Assembly (NCBI RefSeq): GCF_021378375.1
Contig: NZ_CP076228.1
Coordinates: forward strand, 480,001-512,000
Reading direction: 5' to 3'
DNA: 32,000 nucleotides
Origin: Wolbachia endosymbiont of Drosophila innubila
GTDB taxonomy: Bacteria > Pseudomonadota > Alphaproteobacteria > Rickettsiales > Anaplasmataceae
Positions 1 to 9,736 of this stretch are shown here, in pieces. The notes beneath the pieces are model-generated. The model ran no database searches, was not told the origin of the DNA, and saw nothing but the letters and a program-made list of their open reading frames with translations. The position numbers and the translations under genes are program-made. Numbering within the stretch: position 1 is the stretch's first letter; every line of letters begins with the position of its first letter.

Positions 1-198
1 AGACTGCTTAGGTTGATTGATATACCTATCAGACGACATGTTAAAATCAGGGCGGATGCAAATCCACTTGACTTAAAATGGAAAAAGTATTTTGATGAAA
101 GAGTGAAACAAACAAAAATGTTAGCAAGCTCTTTCTCAAGAGAAGGTTCTCTGCTGTTGGTGTCACCATTAAGAATGATGTTTTCTGAGGAATCATGA
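1..198 (+). CDS. C-terminal fragment of a group II intron reverse transcriptase/maturase-like protein
   Basis: The ORF at 13-198 contains RRHVKIRADANPLDLKWKKYFDERV, resembling the C-terminal tail of group II intron-encoded proteins. It is followed by a domain V/VI-like RNA structure at 243-308. Confidence 0.42.
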   Translation, partial: RLLRLIDIPIRRHVKIRADANPLDLKWKKYFDERVKQTKMLASSFSREGSLLLVSPLRMMFSEES

Positions 199-242
199 AG
201 GACAAGCCGGTTCGAGAAAAGAAGGACTTAGATAAGGGGCTC

Positions 243-316
243 AAGCGTAGTGTGGAGAAACCTGCATGCTGCGTTTCTAAGGGAGGGAGTAGTAGCAATA
301 CTACTTCCTTACCTAA
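243..316 (+). ncRNA. Putative group II intron domains V and VI (intron 3' end)
   Basis: aagcgtag can pair with ctgcgttt (243-250 with 269-276), resembling the DV lower stem. A second hairpin GGAGTAGTA-gcaa-TACTACTTCC (286-308, one bulged base) resembles DVI. Downstream sequence encodes an Rpn-like exon (QVAKTKGFE). Confidence 0.45.
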
Positions 317-941
317 CCAGGTCGCTAAAACTAAGGGCTTTGAAAACGCGCACAACTTTATGCTGCTAAGGCTTACTCAAGACAAGCTGATAAATCTGGT
401 AAATACGTTGATTTAAAGAAGATTTTCTTTATCGCGATTTCAAATTGTACCTTATTCCCTGATAAGCTTGACTATATATCTAGCCATACCATAAGAGATG
501 AAAACCAATGAGCATGACTTAAAAGATTTTCAATTTATCTTCATAGAGCTGCCAAAATTTCCTAAGAGTAGAGAAGAACAACTAGAAAGTGTAGTAGACC
601 GTTGGCTATTTTTTTTCAAATATGCAGATGAAACAACGGACGAAGATCTCAGAAAAATTGCGGAAAAATCACCAATAATAAAGCTAGCATATGATGAATT
701 AGATAAGTTTCACTGGAATGAAAAAGATCTAATAACTTATGAAGAAAGAATAATGGATCTGCGCAAAGAAGAAGCCATTCTTGAATACAGACTTGATCTT
801 GCTAAAGAGGAAGGTAGAAAAGAGAGGGAAATTGAAGTCGCAAAGAATCTACTTAAAGCAGGTGTTTCTATTGATATCATAGCTCAAACTACTGGTCTTA
901 CAGCTAATGAAATTAAAGACTTAAGCTCTTTGGATGTTTAG
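317..941 (+). pseudogene. Rpn family recombination-promoting nuclease/putative transposase (PD-(D/E)XK), interrupted and frameshifted
   Basis: Three collinear pieces in shifting frames: QVAKTKGFE (frame of ORF 195-416), AQLYAAKAYSRQADKSGKYVDLKKIFFIAISNCTLFPDKLDYISSHTIRDE (another frame), then KTNEHDLKDFQFIFIELPKF... (ORF 498-941). Together they give a typical Rpn/YhgA-like order. Confidence 0.75.
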
Positions 942-1481
942 ATGAACATCTTTGTACTAGATGAAAACCCAGAGATTGCGGCAAAAATGTTATGTGATAA
1001 GCATATAGTAAAAATGCTATTAGAAACTGCTCAGTTACTGAGTAATGTTTTTTCAATAGCATTAAAAGTGCCAAATCCTTTAGTCAGCATCACAGACCAG
1101 AATATAGAAGTTCCATATAAACTTACTCACAAAAACCACCCTTGTTCTCTATGGGCTAGACAATCCAAAGGGAACTTTTTCTGGTTAATAAAATACGGAA
1201 GGGAGCTGTGCAAAGAGTATACTTGGCGATATAAAAGAAAACATAGATCAGAAGAAGTTATAGATTGGTGTGATAGTAATAAGAATTTGCTTGTTTTTCA
1301 ATCAACCGATATAAAGCCTTTTGTACAGGCGTTACCAGATCAATATAAGTCTAGTCATTCAGTAAAAGCTTACAGAGAGTACTACCTAAAAGAAAAGATG
1401 AGGTTTGCTAAGTGGGAAAAGGGTAGAGAAGTACCGGATTGGTTGCTAAGCAGAATCGTACGTCTGAAAAGCCGCAAATAA
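942..1481 (+). CDS. Conserved phage-type hypothetical protein (resembles pyrimidine-dimer DNA glycosylase-like phage proteins)
   Basis: 179-aa ORF starting directly after the Rpn stop codon. The N-terminus MNIFVLDENPEIAAKMLCDKHIVKMLLETAQLL resembles a conserved family seen in phages. Confidence 0.6.
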   Translation: MNIFVLDENPEIAAKMLCDKHIVKMLLETAQLLSNVFSIALKVPNPLVSITDQNIEVPYKLTHKNHPCSLWARQSKGNFFWLIKYGRELCKEYTWRYKRKHRSEEVIDWCDSNKNLLVFQSTDIKPFVQALPDQYKSSHSVKAYREYYLKEKMRFAKWEKGREVPDWLLSRIVRLKSRK

Positions 1482-2183
1482 AAAGAACGCCTTAATTAGT
1501 AGAGAGGAAGGTGCATAAAAACTAAAACATCTTCTCACTTTAACTCTTAATTAGATTTGAGGTAAATCATTAAAATCTCCACTCTTTTAACTGAGTCTGA
1601 TAAAATTTAAAAACGGCAGTTTATTGAATACTTTACATGATTAAACCATTAAAACTCTTCAATTTTACTGAATTGATGGTAATTTCAAGGTATTTGCTGC
1701 TCAAATTTAGATACATGCTAATTTCTCTATTATAAATACTTAAATTATAAACTATTTACTCTTTAATTTTGGTTATTAGTACTGCGATCCAGAGGTATTC
1801 CAACATCACTCACTTCAGAAGAGCAAAGTACTCTGATAATCTGGAATTTCAAAGTAAGGTCTCGATATTACTTCTTTTATAACCTAACGAAAATCTGAGT
1901 TCAGAACATAAAACCAGTCCCTTAATATAACTACTTTGCTGTTCCCTTACTATCATTTACAAAGAAGCCCTTATATTTTTCTACTAAATCTGGTCTTTTC
2001 TTCATCTATATCTCCTTCTACACCTAGAACTCTATTCGCCAATTCCCTATTCTCTAGAGAAATAAGTAATGCTCTATATCACCGTCAGAAATTAATCTGC
2101 CGCACCGAGAACTGATAGACCTTTTTATCTTTCCCATTATCTCTTTTCTTGGGGTGAGTAAAACAATATATTTTTCCACATAG

Positions 2184-4376
2184 TTATAAGCTGGGAACCA
2201 TAAAAACAGCTTCATGATCAGCCATTTTAAAAGTTCGATCAAGTTCAATATTCCTAAGCGTTGTACTTGCCTTATATGAACAATAACATCCCAATGTAAG
2301 GAAAGTTAATGCAGTCAAAGCAAGTGAAATAGATATTCCTAAATGAGACATTGTTAAACTTGTGCCAACAGCAAATACTCCAGATAATATAAGAGAAGCA
2401 GAGGCATAAATTATTTGCTTTCTACTCTGAGCTCTTGCTTCTGAGAATTGAGATTTTACTGCTGAACTTTGTTCAGAGACTCGAGATAGGTTGCTAGTCC
2501 TTTTACTATAACCTTGTTTTACATTAACACCCACAGACTCAGTGGCAACTTTTGAATCCATCTCATCCTGGATTGATATATCAATATTTTCCGGCTGTTC
2601 ATTAGCTAGAATAAGCTCATCATGCAAATTTTTTACAGAGCAAAAATGTAAGAGATCGATACTAAAGCTTTCTTCAATGCCTTTTAATCGTTTATTCTCT
2701 CCCTTTAATTGTTTTATATTTCCTCGTAATATACTATTTTCTAATAGCAATTCCTCACATTGTTCCCCTTTTGCATCTATCTCTTGTTCCAGCTTTACTA
2801 GTTTAATTTCACAGTCTTTACATAACTCAGCTTTTCCTTCCGGTACATCTGCATCCTCCACTTGTATACACGAATCTTTGGTTTCTCTTTTTGTCTTTTC
2901 CGCTCTTAACAAAGACCCATAATCATCTTTTAACTCATTTATTCTTTGCATTAATCGTTGATTGCTCTCATTCAGCCCATTTATAACTCCCTGCATCTTT
3001 TCTTCTTTATTAAGTAGCAATTCCTTTTCTTCTTTCGCTGTAGCAAATTTTTCCTTAAGTTCATCATTTTTTGCTAGAAAATCTTTATTCTCTTTTTCAA
3101 GTTTATCTACTTTTTTCTCTAACTCTTGAATACTGTTATCTAAGGATTCATTCGTCTTTTCAAATCTCTTCAATCTTTGTTCAAGATACATGCTTTTAGA
3201 ATCACTTTGTAGTAATCTTGTACCAATATCTACGAGCATTTCTTCTACAAAATCCATAAACTTTTTGAAATGTCTCTCATGAACTATCACTTCTGCACTT
3301 AGTGTAGTATTACCCAGCTTTTCCACAATTTCTTGGATTTTTTTTAAACTATTGGATAATAGCTCCATTCGTTCAAAAATTTTAGTTACTTTACTTACGT
3401 TCAATTCATCACTCAGATCTGCATTACTAGTATAATTCTCACCAGTGGTAACTAGGTTAGAAAGTGTTCTATCACCACTAGAGGCAACTTGCTCTTGTCT
3501 ATAATTTGTAGAAGTTCCTGTTGGACTAGTACCATTTTTCTGATCTTCTCTACTGCTTTCATTCGTAAAGCGCTTCACTCCCATTACCCTCCTAACATTC
3601 TCTCCAAGTTCTTCTCTTTCGATTATAATACGAGATTCATTTTTTTCATAGTTAATTTTATCATATAATTGTTCACATTCTTTGTAGGACGATATTGGTT
3701 GTAGCGTCTTCTTCTTTACTTCTTCATCGTAGAAAGCTCTCAGCTTATCATTTGATAATATTGCTATAGCTTCTTTTACATCAGGATGCAATTGAGAATG
3801 CCCATTTTTGCATGAATGAACACGGTTCAGTAGAAAAATCTTAACAGAGTGTTGCTTGTATTCCATAATTTCCTCTAATGTAATCCCCATAACTTTTTCT
3901 TGTGATTCTATGTATCCTAGAGCTTCTTCAAAGTCTTGTCTGTTAGAGGTGAGAGGTTGAGCTTTTTTTAACTTTTTGATCTCACTATCTTTTGGATGCA
4001 CACCATTAACTTCAATAACAGGGATAACACTTGCAGAGTCAATCGCATTTAACACAATACTACAATCATCTTGATTTTTTAGGAAAGCTTTTAGCTGTTT
4101 TTTAAAGTTCAATAAATTACTTAATTTATCTTCATTAGTTTTAGATTTTTTGATTTGATCATAAACGTTTCTGGCTGCTTGGTTATTCTCTTTATCAGTC
4201 CTTATTTTACTTTCTAACTTACCAAGGAGTTTGCTCAGTGGTTTTTTAAGTTTCTTATAATCGTTAACAAGCAGTTCTCTTATCCGTCTTTCAAAATCTC
4301 CTTTTTCTTTGAATCTCAAAACAGTATATAGATCATCTTCAGCCCTCTGCTGATCGGATTTTGTATTTACAACCAT
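2184..4376 (-). CDS. Large coiled-coil hypothetical protein with C-terminal hydrophobic segments, prophage accessory region
   Basis: Intact 730-aa ORF. Long heptad-like charged region (ERLKRFEKTNESLDNSIQELEKKVDKLEKENKDFLAKNDELKEKF...). Two hydrophobic stretches near the C-terminus (IIYASASLILSGVFAVGTSL; ISISLALTALTFLTLGCYC). Confidence 0.75.
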   Translation of the reverse strand: MVVNTKSDQQRAEDDLYTVLRFKEKGDFERRIRELLVNDYKKLKKPLSKLLGKLESKIRTDKENNQAARNVYDQIKKSKTNEDKLSNLLNFKKQLKAFLKNQDDCSIVLNAIDSASVIPVIEVNGVHPKDSEIKKLKKAQPLTSNRQDFEEALGYIESQEKVMGITLEEIMEYKQHSVKIFLLNRVHSCKNGHSQLHPDVKEAIAILSNDKLRAFYDEEVKKKTLQPISSYKECEQLYDKINYEKNESRIIIEREELGENVRRVMGVKRFTNESSREDQKNGTSPTGTSTNYRQEQVASSGDRTLSNLVTTGENYTSNADLSDELNVSKVTKIFERMELLSNSLKKIQEIVEKLGNTTLSAEVIVHERHFKKFMDFVEEMLVDIGTRLLQSDSKSMYLEQRLKRFEKTNESLDNSIQELEKKVDKLEKENKDFLAKNDELKEKFATAKEEKELLLNKEEKMQGVINGLNESNQRLMQRINELKDDYGSLLRAEKTKRETKDSCIQVEDADVPEGKAELCKDCEIKLVKLEQEIDAKGEQCEELLLENSILRGNIKQLKGENKRLKGIEESFSIDLLHFCSVKNLHDELILANEQPENIDISIQDEMDSKVATESVGVNVKQGYSKRTSNLSRVSEQSSAVKSQFSEARAQSRKQIIYASASLILSGVFAVGTSLTMSHLGISISLALTALTFLTLGCYCSYKASTTLRNIELDRTFKMADHEAVFMVPSL

Positions 4377-4724
4377 AACCTTACACTAACAGATACTGCT
4401 GAACAGAACTTAAGGGCGAAGTTAAAACACACTTAGTTAAAGTCATAAGCACTTCTCCAATTAATCTTACTAATATTCTTCTGGAAAACAACATATCTAC
4501 TGACCTTATTCTTGGGAATATAAATAGAAAAAGTGCATCACCTATAGTCTCCAGAAAACCTGGTGTTAGCTGTCAAATTAAGATTTCTAGAAAATACTCA
4601 ATAATTCCAGACAGATTTCTCTAGGCCTGACCAGAACGTTTGGGTATCAAATAGGTCTTTCTGGAGTAATTAGGTGTTGTAACTTAGTTACAAATTTAGT
4701 ACCATAGCGTTGTTTTCATGATAT

Positions 4725-4731
4725 AGGGAGG
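4725..4731 (+). promoter_or_regulatory. Shine-Dalgarno-like sequence for cifA
   Basis: AGGGAGG 5 nt upstream of the ATG at 4737. Confidence 0.55.
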
Positions 4732-4736
4732 TTTAA

Positions 4737-6161
4737 ATGCCAATAGAAACAAAACGTCAGGCTGAAGTGCTTAAAAAGCTACAAGATGTGATAAAACATA
4801 CAGATCGTGACATTGCGGCTGGAAGAAAGTTAGCTATTAAAAGGTGAGTCGAGACCTATATAGAGTATATCAAACTTTTTAAGGATGATAAGCTGGAATT
4901 CTTATATAATGTTTTTCGAGATGAAGGTTGTTGGTTAGGTACAAGGTTAAATAATACTGTTTTAGGTCAGAAATTGACTGAAGAGAAAATAGGAGAAATC
5001 GATAACCCATTACCAAGGTATGGTATGGCATCTAGGTACTGTATAACGGGCAAGATAGGTGATTTTTTCAACAAACAGTTTGTACTCTCTAGAGGTCAAT
5101 TTACTTCAGAAGAGGTAGATAGTCAAGGTAATCCGATCAGTGATCAATATGTAAGAAACATTCTGCTATCATCCATGAAGAGAAATGGTCCTGTGTTTGA
5201 TTTCTGGATCGATAGAGAATCTGGGGAATTAAAGAAGTATGATGCAGTAGAAGGTTTTGACAGTGCTGTAAAACTTAAGTGGAGCGAAGGGGTAGAGTAT
5301 TTTTATAATCAGTTAGAGGAAAAAGATAAGGAGAAGAAGCTTACAGAAGCTATTGTTGCTCTTTCTCGTCCTCAATCTGTTGAGAAAGACGCTCCTATTT
5401 TAGATTTTTGTGTAAGGAATATAGGCGATAAAGATACTCTTTTACAGAAATTATTGCAGAAAGATAAGGGAGTATATTCCCTTCTTGCTGAATTAATAGA
5501 GTCATGTTTTTTTGATACGGTTCATGATTTGGTACAGTGCTGGTGTTATAAAGGCGTTTCAGCAGGAGGAGACTGTTCGGACAAGATATTCTCACAGCAA
5601 GACTATGAACTTTTTCTTTATTCACTTTCAAATGTGATGTTGAAAAATCCTGAGTTAAGTGTTCAAGCTAGATCCCTTATTATGGAGATTTGGAAATGTG
5701 AACGCTTTGCTGAATACAGAGAGACCTCTGTTAATACTTCTAATTATACAGTTCCTATAAAGAGTGTACTTGGGGGATTAATCATTAATTGGAAACGAGA
5801 AGATGTTTGTAAGCCCGATAGGGAAATAGAGAAAGAAGAAATATTAGATATGATTTCATTTGCCAAAGGTTGCTTTCCTGAAAAGTTTGACCTTTTTAAA
5901 GAAGTCATGATAGAAAATCTTAGAATATGTGGTAGGGAAGGAAAGAGGAAAGGTGTAGATTACGGCAAGTTTGCAGAAGAGTTATTTCTTCAGTTAGAGA
6001 AAGTAACTTTACCTTCTGTAGGTGATGGTCCTTGGAATAATTTGCGGTCTCAATCTAAGGTATCTTTGCCACTTGATGGTTCTGGTGATGGCCCACAGTC
6101 TGAGTTTGAAGCTCCTAGTGTGAGTGGTATTTCTGGTTCTCATAAGAAAAGAAGAATCTAG
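4737..6161 (+). pseudogene. cifA: Cytoplasmic incompatibility factor CifA (Type I / CidA-like), interrupted by an in-frame nonsense codon
   Basis: From ATG 4737: MPIETKRQAEVLKKLQDVIKHTDRDIAAGRKLAIKR-TGA-VETYIEYIKLFKDDKLEFLYNVFRDEGCWLGTRLNNTVLGQKLTEEKIGEIDNPLPRYG... The same frame continues without another stop to TAG at 6159-6161, recognisable as Wolbachia WO CifA. Confidence 0.93.
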
Positions 6162-6236
6162 TCTACTCATTAATGTGAGTGGTTTTTCTGGTCTTAGCAA
6201 ATAGAGAGGTGCTTTGTGTCTTTAATAAGAAGTTTA

Positions 6237-9200
6237 GTGGATGGAGATCTTGATGGTTTTAGACAAGAGTTTGAATCCTTTTTAGATCAATGTCCATTTT
6301 TCTTGTATCATGTAAGTACAGGACGTTTCCTTCCTGTATTCTTTTTCAGTATGTTTGCTACTGCTCATGATGCTAATATCTTAAAAGCAAATGAGAGAGT
6401 GTATTTTCGTTTTGATAATCATGGTATTGATACAGGTGGTAGAAATAGAAATACAGGGAACCTAAAAGTCGCTGTTTATCGTGACGGACAGCAAGTTGTC
6501 AGATGCTACAGTATTTCTGATCGTCTTAATAGTGATGGGTTAAGGTTCAGTACAAGGGAAAGAAATGCTCTAGTGCGAGAGATTAGAGGGCAAAATCCAA
6601 ATTTAAGGGAAGAAGACCTAAATTTTGAGCAATACAAAGTATGCATGCATGGAAAGGGCAAGAGTCAGGGAGAGGCGATTGCAACAGTATTCGAGGTGAT
6701 TCGTGAAAAAGATTCTCAAGGTAGAGATAGATTTGCTAAATATTCAGCGTCTGAGATTAGCCTTCTTAGGCATATAGAACGCAATAGGCTTAATGGGATT
6801 AATGCGCCTGCGCCACGCAGTTTGTTGACAGTTAAGGAAATAGGAAGTATACGACTCAATCAAGATCAGAGAGTACAGCTTGGTCATTTGGTCAATTTTG
6901 TGCAAGTTGCACCGGGTCAGCAAGGGATTTTCAGTTTTATGGAAGTGCTAGCAAGTAACCAAAGAATAAATATAGAACGTGGAATAAATGAAGGAATTTT
7001 GCCATACATAACTCGAATCTATCGTAGTTACCTAGGCAGCCTACAAAATGACATTCAAAATCGCAGTCAAAAGTTTGAGAGTCACGGATTTTTCTTAGGT
7101 TTGTTGGCAAATTTTATTCATCTCTACACAATAGATATTGACCTTGACTTGTCTCCTGGAAATTCATATGTTGCTTTTCTTATATGTCATCAGGCAGAGA
7201 GAGAAAACATTCCTATCGTTATTAATGTTACTAGATGGAGGACATCGTCTGATATTGCATTAAACCGCGCTAGAGCTGATGCTAAAAGATTACATGCTTC
7301 TTCATTTATATCTATTCACACTGAATCAAGAAATGCTGTTTGTATTGGATTAAATTTTAATCTGAATATAGATCCTTTTAGTATTGATACAGTAGAGTTT
7401 TTAGAGAATAGATTTCCTTTGGTACAAAGATTATTTGAGTGTTTGGAGGATGAAGGAATTAGAGAAAATATTAGAGATTTCTTGCTTCAACATCTTCCTA
7501 ACGAAATACCAAGAAATGCAGAGAATTATAACAGAATATTTGATTGCATAACTGGTTTTGCTTTTGGGAATAGTATTTTAGAAGAGTTCAGATTAGTAAA
7601 CGCAGTTCAACAACGTGTAAGAAAGTATATATTTAGATATGGTGATGAGAATCATGCTTTAACCATGGTCTTCCATACTCAAGGTTCTGATATAGTTATA
7701 CTTCATATTAGAGATAACAACGCTGTACAACAAGGAGCCATCAATTTACAAGATCTTAATGTTGACGGAAATAATGTTCATGTACGGGAAGTTTCATGCA
7801 CACTTAATAATCAACTTGGCCTTAATATTCATACAGATAACCTTGGTTTATATCACAATTACCAAAATAATAATCAAATAATTTTCTTGGTGGTAATCTT
7901 GTGCAAGTGCCTAATGCTGGAAATGTGCATAATGCTTTAAATCAAGTTATGAATGATGGCTGGCAAGATAGATTTCAGCATCAAGAATTATTTAGAAACA
8001 TTTCTGCAGTATTAATGCCAGAAGATACGCATGGCAATATGATAATAGATGTAAATAGCAAAGATAAGTTTCGCTCTATACTACATGGTACATTTTATGC
8101 TAGTGATAATCCTTATAAAGTGCTTGCTATGTATAAAGTTGGTCAAACATATAGTTTAAAAAGGTGGCAGGAAGAAGAAGGAGAAAGGGTAATACTTACA
8201 AGAGTTACAGAACAGAGACTAGGTCTTCTATTATTAAGACAACCTACAGCAGATACTCACCCAATTGGATATGTATTAGGATTTGCTGATAATGCAGAAG
8301 AAGTAGAACAGGAGCAAGACGAGGCAAGGTACAAAATAACAGAATTGATGAGCAAACAAAGGGGATATTTGCCTATTACTTCTGGAAATGAGGTGGTTTT
8401 GTCTTATGCTGTATTTAATAGAGGTGCACAGAGAGCAGAAGACTTTATATCTCTTCCACAACAAGCAGTGTATGTACATAGACTTGATCGTCGTGGTCAT
8501 GACTCAAGACCAGAAGTATTAGTGGGACCTGAAAGTGTTATTGATGAAAATCCACCAGAAAATCTATTGTCAGATCAAACTCGTGAAAATTTCAGGCGCT
8601 TTTACATGGAAAAAAGACCAGGACAGAACTCGATTTTTTTGCTTGATATAGATGATAATCTGCACGTTCCATTTAGTTACTTGCAAGGTACTAGAGCACA
8701 GGCAATAGAAACATTAAGGTCAAGAATAAGGGGAGGTGGTACTTCTACAGCACAAGGAATATTACAACAAATAAACACTATCCTTCGTAGAAACAACGCT
8801 CGTGAAATAGAAGATGTGCATAATCTACTTGCACTAGACTTTGCAACAGAAAATCAAAATTTCCGTTATTGGCTACAAACTCATAACATGTTTTTCGCTG
8901 CACGACAATATACTTTCCATGATGATCGATCTAATCCAACTAATGATCGTCATGATTTTGCAATAACTTCAGTAGGAGTCGATGGAAATCAAAATGATCC
9001 AACAGGTAGGGACTTATTAAGTAGTAACATAGATAACTTTAAACAAAAAGTAGATTCGGGTGAAAAAGATAGATTAACTGCTATTATTAATGTAGGTAAT
9101 CGTCATTGGGTTACATTAGTTATTGTCCACCAAAATGGAAATTATTATGGGTATTATGCTGATTCACTTGGTCCAGATAGTCGTATTGACAATAATATTC

Positions 9201-9736
9201 GAGGAGCTTTAAGAGAATGTGATATTAGCGATGATAATGTCCATGATGTTTCCGTTCATCAGCAAACAGATGGCCATAATTGTGGCATATGGGCATACGA
9301 AAATGCTAGGGATATTAACCAAGCTATTGATCAAGCTTTACAGGGAAATAGTAACTTTGGAGAGAAAGGCGAAGGTATTATAGGTTATATACGTGGTCTT
9401 CTTAGTGCAGGAATTGGAAATGACACTAGACAACCTCAAAGAAATGAACAATACTTTAGAAATCGGAGAAGAAATATTTCACAATTATTCCAAAATGATT
9501 CTCTATCTTCTCCTAGGGGTAGGTTGATTCAAGGTCGTCCAGGAATTCAACATGAAATTGATCCATTACTATTACAATTTTTAGAACTCCAATATCCACA
9601 GCGTGGAGGTGGGGGAGCATTGCAATTAGGCGGAGAAAGAGTGATATCAATTGATTTTGGTCCGCAATCTGTATTGGATGAAATTGATGGAGTGAATAGA
9701 GTTTATGATCATAGCAATGGTAGAGGCAGTAGGTAG
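6237..9736 (+). pseudogene. cifB: Cytoplasmic incompatibility factor CifB (Type I / CidB-like, C-terminal Ulp1-like deubiquitylase), split by a frameshift
   Basis: The first ORF (6216-7940; likely start GTG 6237, (M)DGDLDGFRQEFESFLDQ) ends shortly after YHNYQNNN. The second ORF (7901-9736) continues as LVQVPNAGNVHNALNQ... and ends with the protease region NVGNRHWVTLVIVHQNG...YYADSLG...QQTDGHNCGIWAYENARD. The two are joined by a -1 change near 7874/7875. Confidence 0.93.
9090..9310 (+). other. cifB: Ulp1/CE-clan cysteine protease core of CifB (His-Asp-Gln-Cys motif retained)
   Basis: GNRHW (His, ~9103), ADSLG (Asp, ~9160), HQQTDGHNCG (Gln and Cys, ~9262-9283) read intact in the frame of ORF 7901-9736. 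Confidence 0.85.

Noticed and set aside
195-416. 73-aa ORF as an independent gene
   Set aside because: It reads through putative intron domain V/VI RNA and then into a short in-frame part of the Rpn remnant.
2054-2248. 64-aa minus-strand ORF downstream of the coiled-coil gene
   Set aside because: Short, overlaps the end of the larger ORF, with no recognisable motif.
4845-4847. TGA read as tryptophan or a programmed recoding event in cifA
   Set aside because: Wolbachia uses the standard bacterial code and no selenocysteine-type or readthrough context was evident. A simple nonsense mutation is the more economical explanation.
4974-6161. Treating the 395-aa ORF from 4974 as a complete new gene
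   Set aside because: It starts at an internal TTG. The same frame upstream encodes the conserved N-terminal CifA sequence separated only by a TGA, so it is the remainder of cifA.
6216-9736. Treating the two ORFs 6216-7940 and 7901-9736 as two separate novel genes
   Set aside because: They are collinear halves of one recognisable CifB sequence. The tail QIIFLVVILCKCLMLEMCIML is out-of-frame translation.
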